Shown one piece after another: positions 38,701-50,700 of a stretch of DNA of 64,000 nt. Both the position numbers and the translations under genes were made by a program. How positions within the stretch are numbered: position 1 is the first letter of the stretch; the number at the start of each line of letters is the position of its first letter. The notes under the pieces were generated by a model. The model saw only the letters and a list, made by a program, of their open reading frames with translations. It was not told the DNA's origin and ran no database searches. Source of the stretch: Podarcis liolepis (taxonomy: Eukaryota); assembly GCA_965112155.1 (NCBI GenBank), contig OZ218098.1; one strand, written 5' to 3'.

Positions 38701-41700
38701 TCATATTATTTTCCCTAACACAATGACTTTAAGTGTGTGAGTCATGAGGCAAGGGATCACTGGTCAAATCTAATCTTTGTTAGGTATCCTTAGGCAAACC
38801 ACATCTCTTGACCCTCATCAGTAACATGGGGACAAGAACACTGATCTGCCTTCCAGAATTGTTGTTAGGATTACTAAGAAAATGTACTGAATTATTCTGA
38901 AATACCACATAAGTATAAAAACTGATTTTTATTTTCTTAACCCTGCTATAGCTGCTGCTGGAGGAGTACGCAAACAGCGATCCCAAACTGGCACTTACTG
39001 GAATTCCTATTGTCCAGTGGCCAAAGAGGGATAAGGTAAATAATGGATCCATGACTTAACTCAAATAGCTTGGAGACTTGGTGGAGGGAACAGGAGTTCT
39101 GTGCTGGAAAGTGTTGTCAGTTGACAAGAATAGCCTCATAATTTAAACCAAAGAACCTTACACCAGTATAAGGTATAAGGGCAGTAGCAGAGTAGGTCTG
39201 GGCACAAATCACAGGTATTAAAATGAAGTGCAGTATAAATATGAGGATAAAGAAACCAGGAGGATCATGATCATGGCTTCACTTTCTAGGAGATGTGATT
39301 GCCCAAATCCAGAATTGGTTAATGATAAAACACAAGTTCATTATTTAGACATTGTGCCTCTGAGATCAAAGTCCTAATTCTTTCCATACACAATCTTTTC
39401 TGTTCCAAATTCCTGACTTTAAACTTCATGTATCTGTCATCTGGATCTCTTCTGACAGATTATTGTTTCCTTGGTTGATTATATGAGCCTCCTAATTTTT
39501 TGCTGTCTCCCCCCCCCCCCCCCACCAATGACAGCTCAAGCTTCAGGCTCGGCCAAAGTTAAGATTACCTACCATCCCGATCACCAAGCCACACACCATG
39601 AAACCCGCGCCACGGCCAGCAACTGTGAGACCTACAGTCTCTCCTATAGTGTCTGGTGCCCGCAGAAGGCGGGTGCGATGTCGTAAATGCAAGGCCTGTT
39701 TGCAAGGTGAATGTGGCATGTGCCACTACTGCAGGGATATGAAGAAGTTTGGGGGGCCTGGTCGTATGAAGCAGTCTTGTGTACTACGGCAGTGCTTGGC
39801 GGTGAGTCCTGTGGTATATTGGGTGGGGAAATTGCTTATCTCTGTGGAAGGTTCTAACAGTAGGGGATGAAACCTGTTGTATGTCTCGAAAGGCGAAAGA
39901 GCAACTAATGAGGTTGATTGAAAAGCCTTGGGAACAAATGTGGTTGGCACTGGAAAGTAGTTAATGTCCTTCAGTGCATTCTATAGAGGCAAATGGGGTT
40001 GGGGAAGTGGGATAACCATCCCCTGAAGCTTAGAAGCAAGCCTGTGGTATAACTTCCTGTTTCACTCTTCGTTTGCTTTGTAGCCCAGACTGCCTCACTC
40101 TGTTACATGTTCACTTTGTGGGGAGGTAGATAAGAATGAGGATTCGCAGGACTTTGAGAAGAAGCTAATGGAGTGCTGCATCTGCAATGAGATTGTTCAC
40201 CCAGGTTGTCTACAGGTAAGAAGGTTTACTTGACTCATTTCGATACAGGAGTGTCAGGAACAGATGCATTGCTGGAAATCACCTTTGTGTATTTTTCCTC
40301 TGCAGATGGATGGGGAAGGGCTACTGAACGATGAATTGCCCAACTGCTGGGAGTGTCCGAAGTGCTACAAGGGAGATGAGTCAGAAAAAGGCCAGGTAAG
40401 AAATGGATTTTCAAACATTGGCACATGCCTTCTGTGTTGCATGCTACTCTTGGGTAATGAAGAGGCACACTGTTTGCACCTAGCCTGTACCTAAGGCATT
40501 GGGGAGAGAAGGTTCTTTGGGTATCCTGGGTGTTTATCCTTGTGCACTTTGGGAAGGCTTAGTAGGAGCCACACGAGTGTGAGGTGAGCACTAGGAGAGC
40601 CTCTTCTGTTGAGTAAAAGAGTTCCACCTGGAAATGAGCACTGGTGACACCATACAATGTTAACTACATGATGGAGCCACTTTACAGCTTTTCCACCGCC
40701 ACCTTCTTGGCATCTACAGAGAGCTCATCAGCACATGAACTGTAACATCCTGCTGGAGAAACAGTTCCTGGAAGGGCAGCAAAATCAACTTCCATCAACC
40801 AAGCAGTGGACATGTTATCAATGGCAGAAACTGACAAGACTGCCCTGGGAGAAATACAATTGCAAGATCCTGCGTAGAGTTGTGCCTGCTTCCCCAGCAA
40901 AGAGCATCCCAGTGAAGGCAAGAAGGGGTGGGGGCAAGGGACTGGTAATCTCTTATTACCATCACAGGAGTTATTACGATCTGGCATTCTGTTAGAATAG
41001 TGCCCTGCAGCACTTCATTCCAGCCTTGGGGAACTTGGACCATGGCAGTCAGGGGCCTGTTTCTCCTACATGTTTAGTGATGGAGATATGCTAAATAAAT
41101 AAATAAGCCATAGCTTAGCAGAGTGAAGAAATTGGCTGAACCCTTCCCTTAACATCTGTTTGAAAATTGAATCTAACAGCACATTCTTGAATAGGTAAAT
41201 TAAGATGGTGATACAAATAAACACTGCATGGTTCAAGTCTAGTATAACAATTGACTCGTTCCTCACATCAGCTACTTATCTTCAAAGTTGGGTGCATGTG
41301 TGCATCTAGTGTTCTCACATGTATTCTGCAGCTTGGTGACATTTTATTAGATCTACATAACCCTTCAGCTTTCACTAAGTGACAAAGTCCAATTTCTTCA
41401 ACCTTAATGTAGCTAACGTGAGGGCAGTTTGGAACAGAGTTCATATTATAGCCAAATGAATGGATTCAAATGGTATGGGCCCAGCATGTCCTTTAAGGAA
41501 GTCATCTGGGAAGAGAGACGGTACTTCCAGTAACTTCACTTGCAGGTGCTCTGGAATGCCAATAGGATTTTCTGGGCCCAGTACACTCACTTTATGTAGG
41601 TTGGGACCTTTTGCCTACCCATAAGCTGACAAACTGCTACCTATATACATACTCTAAGTAATTGTAGAATTGCAAGCTTTCATGCAGTATATTGCTACCT

Positions 41701-44700
41701 AATTATTTTCTAGACTAAATTTTTTGTTTGACTACTAGCCGGGCATAGTTTCTACTGAGATGTCCCATTAAGTTCAATGGGACTTACTCCCAGATAAATG
41801 GCTATAAGTTTATAGCCTAGTTAGGTAAGGAAGAGGAAGGAGACTCTCCCCACACACCATTCTTTTTAATGGACCCTAATTAAATCATCCAAAAATATAC
41901 TCATATCACCTCTCTACTTTGCTGGTACCATTATTGAAAATTGTTGTGTGTGTTTTTACTGGTGGGAAGCGAGGAAAATTAAGTAAGATTGATTCAATTT
42001 ACTGTATTTTTCCATATATAAGTCCATCCTTTTTTGCTAATTGTTTTGAGTCAAAAACTGGGGGTCATCTTATACACGGATGGTGAATGCGCTCTGGCTC
42101 CGGTGGGGTGGCCTGGGATCAGGATTGGGCTCTGGTGCAGGTGGCCTGGGCTCAGGACCAATTTCTTAATTTTGTGTTAAAGAAAATGGGTTGTTTTATA
42201 CATGTCTGCATCTTACACTGTATTGGCCCGAATATAAGCTGCACCCTAATATAAGCTGCACCTTTAAAATTCGGCAGGGGGGGGGCGGAGAAAAAAAGAC
42301 AATATCCGAATATAAGCCACTCCCTTAAAATTCCACAGGCACTCACACCCATTCCATTTTACTGTATGTCTGTTTCAATAGCGATATCGTAAAAGCCAAT
42401 TTTTGTAAGGTCACATACTTATGCCGCACTTTAACTTTTCACGGTCGGAATTTGGAAACAAAAGGGCAGCATATATTCAGGCCAATATGGTACATGGAAA
42501 AATACGGTACTAACAAAGGGCCAAAGACAGCCTTTAACTACCTAACCACAACATCACCACTATCTCGTCTCATGTAACCTTGTTGCAATAATCTGTCCCT
42601 TCAAAAACACTACACTGTTCACTTTTTTTTACTGATACAGAAAACAAAGTAGTTCTTCTGTCATTTTGGTTTTAGGAGACCAGTGTGGGGAGGAACTCCG
42701 TCATGATTAAGACAGGTGTCCTATTTTTAATTGCCTGGGAGTGAACCCCATTGAACTCGGTGGAGTTTACTTTTGAGTCATCATCTGTAGAATTGTACAG
42801 TAATATGGCTACCCTGATATATTGCTTTCAGAAAACTTTGCTTTGAGACAGTAGGTGCCATACATAGAGCATACTTCCTCCAAGGACTTGAGACTCCCTG
42901 GGGATGATGATCATTTCCATTCATGTCAATGCAGGCTCCCATTGGCTTTCAACAATTATTTTAGGAATTCAGCTTAACTATAAATGCCAGAAAATCTGTG
43001 TTCATATGTAGTGACAAGAATGTGTTTGCATTACATATGTAGACCCTGATGTCAATAGATTGTGTGCAGCTGCTGCATTTTATGTAAATTTTGCTTCAAA
43101 GGGAAAAGGATAAGCCTGAGGTTTACAAAGGGATACAACTTGGAAAGAGCCGCAATTTTAATAATGCATTAAGCATTTCTTTCAGACATCTTCTGCAGTG
43201 GTAGAGTAACATTGTCTTTGATCTGTATCACTGTAAACTTTGTTTCCTGTCCCTCTGGTGTAGCTAATCCATAAACTAAAGTACAACAATGGTATCATCC
43301 TAAAGAGTTTTCTTAAGAGAAAAGTGGCATGTAGGTTAGCCCACTTTGTGTTCTTCCTTGGCTTCTGCAAGTTCATTTGTCTACAGGAGTGGTGAAAATT
43401 TACAATTCTTGTATCTGATCTTTTAACATAGCAACTAGATCAGGCATATGATCCATATGTTTTTGAACATCCATGAACCCCAGTCAGCGTGGCCAGTGGT
43501 CAAGGATGCTGGGAACTGTAGTCAAAATACCAGCAGGACACTGTGCTGACTAGACAAAGGGGAATTAATGGGTGGCATTCAACTAAGTTTTACTCAGAAT
43601 AGACTTGGTGAAATTAACGGACCTGACTTAGTCATGTTCATTAATTTCAAAGTTAGGTTCGTTAATTTCAATATATCTGTTCAGGGTGAAACTTAGCTGA
43701 ATTACTCTCCACCCCAATGTTTCTAACCTAAAATCTCTGAAGTAGGAAAATTAGTAAAGCCATTGCCACCACTATTTTAGAAGAGCTTATTTACGTTAGG
43801 ACTGTAATAGTGTTTATTAACTAAGAAAATAAAGACATGCTAAATTTATTTTAAAGTTTTGTCTTGCTTTCCTTTAAATCAACCCCATAAATATTTTTAT
43901 CAGCCCTAAAGATACTGAAGCACTGTTCATTTTTTGTTTGGTTGGTTTTGTTTTTAAGCTTGCCTTCTAAATGCCAATAAAGCTGGATGCACTGTTCTCT
44001 TTGTATCGTTTTTTGGAGATGAGATTGAGAGCAGGGCTGTCCATGTTCATCTCAGTAGTGGGTCTGGGGAAGCTGGCTTCTCTGTGAAGTATACTTAAGC
44101 GACCCAAGCTACTTAGAGCTTTATAGGCCAAAACGAGCACTTCACATTGTGCCCAGAAGCAAATGGAGAGCAAGCACAGTTTTAAATTCTGGTGTCCTGC
44201 ACTTTAATAGAGTTGGCTATTGGAAAAATGGAATGACAGCAAAGAGTGTAAATTTCACTTCCTTCACTGACACCAGTGTGAAAGTAAAAGAGCTTATAAT
44301 AATGAGCATCACCCACCCTGATGCATTTTACTTTTAAATGGAATGCATTCTACCATATAAATTTCAGAATTTAACTCCCTCCTGTTTTGGTCTTTACAAT
44401 GGTAACTTGTTGCCACTCGCTTTGCAGAAGCGGAAAATGGATGATGGCGATGATGACACAGTCCAAGCCAAAGTTCTGCGTCCTTTGCGAAGCTGTGAGG
44501 AACCTTTGACTCCACCACCACATTCGCCTACCCCAATGCTGCAGCTAATACATGACCCTGTGTCACCACGAAGCATAGTGACACGGTCCTCTCCGGGGGC
44601 CGGTCCTAGTGACCATCACGGGCCCAGCCGGGATGAACGCTTTAAGAGACGCCAGCTACTTCGGCTGCAAGGCACAGAGCGCACAGTGGTGCGGGAAAAA

Positions 44701-47700
44701 GAGAACAACCCTAGTGGCAAGAAAGAGCTGTCAGAAGTAGAAAAGGCTAAGCTCCATGGTTCCTATCTTACAGTCACATTACAAAGACCTACCAAAGACA
44801 TGCATGGCCCCTCCATTGTGCCCAAGCTGCAGGCAATCACTGCCTCCTCCACTAATCTGCGGCACTCTCCTCGTGTGGTCATGCGCCAAAGTTCAGCCAG
44901 AGCACCCCAGCGGGGTGGAGATGAAGAAGCAGCTGAGGATGAAGAGGAGGAGGAAAGTGCAGAGGAGGAAGAGGAAAGTGCAGAGGAGAGTGGGGCAGCC
45001 AGACTGAATGGCCAAGGAGGCAGGGCTCCAGATAGTGAGGAAATCTGGATGCAAAAAGAGGTGTGGATGTCTGTCTTCCGTTATCTCACTCGCAAGGAGC
45101 TTTGTGAATGTATGCGTGTATGCAAAACCTGGTACAAATGGTAAGTGACTGCAGAACTGGATCCACTGCCTATTTTAATAGTAGTTCTCTCTTTTTCAGA
45201 ATGTTTTTATTGAACCCCTAAGCCTCTTGGATCCAATTTTGTGTGCTGTACTACATCTTGCAAATTTATGTGTAATATGCAAATGTAAAAGGGGCAATTT
45301 GGGCAGAAGGCGGAAAGCAATTGTATTTAATAATACAGTGCATAAACTTGTGGAATTCATGTCACAGGATGTAGTGTTAGTTGCAAGCTCAGGTGGCTTT
45401 TAAAGAGGATTACACAAGGCTGTTGGTGGATTGTAACAGTTACTAAAAATTGAATCTCCACCTTCAGCACCAGTATAATGTCTAAGTACCAGGAAAATGT
45501 TGTAGACAAAGAAGCTTTTGATTTCTCATTCTTATCTTGCTTTTGAGTTCCCGTGCCTAGTCACTTCTGAAAACAAAATGGGGTAGAGGGATCTTGATCT
45601 GATCTAGTGCAGCCATTCTTCGATAATTATCCTACTAGTCTTTCCTTTCATCATTTGGGTATCGTCTGACCAAACTCCATGTGTTGCTCCTTTCTGGTAA
45701 AGCTGTGTGTAACCACTAGGAATCAAAATGATGTCCTGGGGCTATTAAATCCTAAGAACTTGCTTAAGCAACTCTATGCACTTGAGTTGCTAGTTCTATA
45801 CAACCATTGGACCTAGATTAGATGTAAAATCCTCAGATGGAGGACATGCCATATTTTACAATTGGGGAGAATTATACTTTCTCCCTTCGTGTCTTAAGAA
45901 GCCCCTCTCTGAAAAAGGGAGAGAAGCTGGGAGTTGAACTCCCAGCTTCAGTTTCCCTAAATGCTTCCATCTTTAAGGAGGACCTGTCTTCAAGCATGAG
46001 CAGAAAACCTCAGATTCCTTGCCTCCCCACCCCCCAAAAACTTTCTAAGATGAAGAGTGATTCAAAGGCTAAAAGTCAGAAAAATGAAGCATGCCCAATT
46101 CAGAAAATTCCACAGTGGCAATGTAGAGCAGATAAGATATAGCTATTCTCAGTCAGCCAGTATACACAAATGTAACTCTTAGCCTTAAGAGTTACCAGTG
46201 TAGTATCCCGCCTCAGCCAATTAATTGTATTAGAAAAGACATGTTACCTGCAATGAACACAGAATCAAAGCTGAAAGCTTCAAGGATATTCTGCTGATAG
46301 ACCAGAGGCATCCTAAATCTGATACAGAAAAACTTAGATGGCAACCTCATAATTCAGGAAGCCTTTTACGAGCCAGATTATAATTTTTTGCCAATATTAA
46401 TATGCAAATGTCATATCTGGATATAACTTAAGAGGAATATTCCAGCCCTCGAGGGTCAGCAAGAGCCCTACTACTATGAGGAGTAGATATTTAACTCAGT
46501 AGTTGAGCCCCTCTGATTTCAAAGTATGAAGTAATGTTGCCACCCTGGGATCATTTGGAAGGAAGGGTGAGGTATAAATGTAATAAATAGGATAGTATCT
46601 CAGGTGTTTCAGAATTAGAAGCTTAGGAGTCCAAGGAGAATACATGGGCATTGTTTACCCCTACAGCAAGACAGTCTTACCCCATGTGTATTCCGACCAG
46701 CAGTGTGAGAGTCAGAGAAACATACATATCAGAAAGACATTACTTTATTCATTCATCAACAACTTCTCAAAAGCACACATTTTTTTAAAGGTGATGATGT
46801 AGAATCCCTTAATATAAATTCTCTGTCACAAAGGAATGCAATAATTTTTGTCTTGGATCAATTAGAAAATATTGTAAGTTTTTTATTATCAACAAAAGTT
46901 TTATTTTCCACCCAATTTTTGTTTGTGACTGCGAATAATGAATTAGCTTTAAAGTGTCTTACAAGTTTTTTCATTTCCCAAATAAGATTTTGCGGGTTAC
47001 CTCTACCTTGAATATGTTTACACAGAGAATATCTAGGAGGATGATGTTAGGAAGGTGAACATATATCCATCCTACTACATTAATTCCGATTTTCTTTGTT
47101 AGATATATAATGTGTAGTTTTCTTGCAGTTAAAGTGTTCTTTGGTTCTATAAAGCTTCATAGATGGAAAAGAATAGACTTGAAGGTGTGTCTAGCAGTAG
47201 CCTTCATAGTCAGTTACCTTACTATTTTTCAGTGATCTTCAAGAACCATATTTCTATTATCCCTGTGGAAAGAATAAATTTAAGTGTCTCAAAGGAAACA
47301 CAATATTGTACCTGATAGACCTGTTGAAGGGCTGAGGGGAGTTGACTAAGTCCAAGAGAAAAGAATTGGGGTTACCTACCCATCACGGCTTTTCTGTTCT
47401 CCTTGGTTTCAAAAGACATAAGTACTACTGCTCAGTAAAAGATCCTGTCACAAATAATTGGTCAGAAACCAATAAGTATAAAGAGTTTGTGGAAAGGTGT
47501 ATTTCTAGTCTAATACAGTGTGTTTCAATTAGGTGTGGTGACAGGAGATTGTGGACGAAGATTGACTTAAGCAGGTACAAGTCCATCACACCTCTGGCAC
47601 TGGGTGGCATAATCAGGAGGCAGCCAGTCAGCCTTGACCTCAGCTGGACCAATATTTCCAGAAAACAGCTCACCTGGCTCATCAACAGACTACCAGGTTT

Positions 47701-50700
47701 GTGTTTTAGGCAGCTGGGTGGGTACATCTTCACTATTTGCTTTAGTTTCAACATTATTGAGTTAAACTGAACATTCCACTATACAGGTCAACTTTGTGGT
47801 GCCTGTGAGTGCAGTGGTACCCTTGAAGTTTCCCCCTGGCACCCACTACCTGAACCCCAGCTTACTGGTAGTGAAAGTGGTTACATTCCCCCCTCCAAAA
47901 AGTACATAAAGACAGAAGATGGCAGAGTGACTCCCACTTCAACTTCCAGCTGTGTGCTTTTCAATGCACAGATTAGTTCTGTTGCAGGCATATCCAACTC
48001 CCAAGAAACTGCGATCTACTCCCCGTATAAAAAAACTGGCAGATCTACCCATTGTCATTGGAGGGAGGAGGAGCATGTGTGGGGTGGGTGGATTGCCCAG
48101 AGTTGTTGAGCTTTTGGGGGGGAGGATTGCACAGTTTTTTTGCTTTTCCCCTGTAACTTTTTGTACGTGATAAGGATCCCACGATCTACCAGGATCAGCC
48201 GGGGATCTACCGGTAGATCACAATCTACTGGTTAGACACCCGTGTTCTATTGAAACAGACTTTTATGCAGGTTCCTTGGAAAAGCAAATAGTACATACTT
48301 ATACTCTCCTGGGTCCACTTGCCAGTAGTGGGTATAGTTACTGACATACTTGCCACACACAGGAGAAACCACAATGCCCTCTTAAGCTAACCTGTTGCAG
48401 GTCAGCTGAGGAAGGGGGTTATCACTCCTCTCAGTTCATCAGTTGATTGATATGATGACTGAGGTGGAAACAATTTGCATCCTTGTAAGAGCAATGGACA
48501 CCCCACCCCACCTCCCAGTGCTGTGTCTACTCTTTAAATTTCTTTTTCCTGCTGCCAGCAGAATCAGTAAAACAGAGCTTTCCAAACTGTGTTGCAACAC
48601 GTTAGTGTGTTGGTGTGTTGTGCGAATGCTCCCCGCGCTTCTCCCAGGGCAGGAAAGGGGTTAGTTTAACCTCAGGTTTGCTAGTAAAACTGAATTACTG
48701 TGTCACAAAATGAAGCATGTCTAAAAAGTTTGTCACCAACATGAAAAGTTTGGAAGCTCTGCAGTGGAGTCTTGACGAGCCTCAAAAATTGGCTCGGGGG
48801 CCAAATACATCTCCTAAACTTAGGGTGGGGAAGTCATTCCTACTTAACCTGAAATGAGGGCTCAAAATAGATCATTGGTTTTGTTTTACTCTCTGATGGA
48901 TTGAAAGTAGTGCCATGCTGTTAACTCTGCGTGAAACATAACTGTTCTGAAGTAGAAGGCACTAATATTTTCCATCTTTTGCTGTGCTACAGGCCTCAAA
49001 GACCTCATCTTGGCAGGCTGCTCCTGGTCAGCAGTGTCTGCTCTCAGTACCTCCACCTGCCCCCTTCTCAGGACACTTGATCTTCGGTGGGCAGTAGGAA
49101 TCAAGGACCCTCAGATTCGGGACTTGCTCACACCTCCATCAGATAAACCCAGTATGTTTTGCCTTCTGGATATACCAGTATGTTGTGCTTGCTAGTCAGG
49201 TGGGGAAGGCAGAAAGCTGACAAGAGTTGAATACAATGCAGGTCTTAAAAGGGAAAAAGTCTGACCAGAGGGTGTAATTTCTACTTGCATGCTCTAGAGA
49301 AACAAGAGACTGTGCCTTCCAACTTACTTGCATATCTTCCTACAGGCCAAGACAATCGCAGCAAACTCCGTAACATGATAGATTTCCGGTTGGCTGGGCT
49401 GGACATAACTGATGCCACACTCCGGCTCATCATTCGCCACATGCCTCTGCTCTCACGACTTGATCTTAGTCACTGCAATCACCTTACGGACCAGTCAACC
49501 AACCTATTAACAGCTGTGGGGTCTTCCACGCGAAACTCGCTCACTGAAATCAACATGGCAGGTTTGTGCATCTTTGATCGTTTCCCCCGACATACTAAGG
49601 GCTATGGACCATGTAAAATGGGTAGGAAACCTGTTGGCCGCATTTGATCCACCAGCGGTTCAGCTGTGAAGCAGGTAAAGATGTGGCTCCCAATTGTGCA
49701 TTTGCAAGGGAAAGTGGGCTTTGACTCAACCACCCCTCAGCTGGAGCTTTGGAAACCCTGTGCAGTGATCCAGCAGGCAGCTGTCTGTCTGTTCCGTCAC
49801 TGTGAGGGGCTTGCAAAGCTCTTGGTGCAGAGGTCCTCACCCCACCCCACCCAACAGCCAGCTGGCTATTGGGCGCAGCTGCACAGTGGGCAATTCCGCC
49901 CACCTTACAAGTTTACCCCTAATGTAAAGGCTGTATGCCCTCTTGCCTCACCGAGGTTTCTCTTTTGCTGGAAGAAAGAGAAAATATATCTAAATTTATC
50001 CAAGAAGTTTTTGCTCCAGACCAGAGGGATAAATGAAGGATTTAGTCCCAGCAGCCTCATCATGAGGCGGGTGTTATTTCCCTTTTTTACAGGCCTCCCC
50101 CGCCCTGCAGCCCTCATTGTTTGTGGGGTTAACAAAATAGTAATCTGAGGCTGCACTTAATCTTCAAGTATTCAGATCTGGATATACTGCAATACTGTCT
50201 TCTTTAAAAGCATTTGTAGTGACATATTTGAAGCTTGTATCCCTATGTAGCAGAAGCACATACCACCTCAATATGCAGTACAGGCTGCCAGATGGAAAAG
50301 GAGCCTTAGGGGAAATAATCATGTTCCAGTTTTTCTGTCTCCCTCTAGCATAAGAAACTGCTACTAAGGGTCTAATGGTTCACTGTTGCCTGATTCACAA
50401 AGAGTGGCTGCCTATGTGTGTCTTGTCAATACAAAAGTCAGACTTGTTCATATTACGCTGTCAAAAGTTGCAAGGCTTATCAGGTTGAGGTGTGTTGGTA
50501 TTCAAACAAGCAAGTGCTCTTAAGAGTTTGAATAGAAGAATCACACTTGCAAACCAGAAGAATCATTTGTGTAATGTAAGAGTCTGGACACTTCGTATTT
50601 TCTGAGTATTTATACCAGTGCATTTGTTCTCTGAACACCTTTGTGGCGCTAGGCATTATGCAAATAATGGCACTTGTCATCCTCTCCACAGGCTGCAATA

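Noticed and set aside
40689-40739. Possible alternative terminal or poison exon after the PHD exon ([16 protein letters not shown])
   Set aside because: Pyrimidine tract is short (ccacttttacag) and there is no convincing donor; cannot be supported without RNA data.
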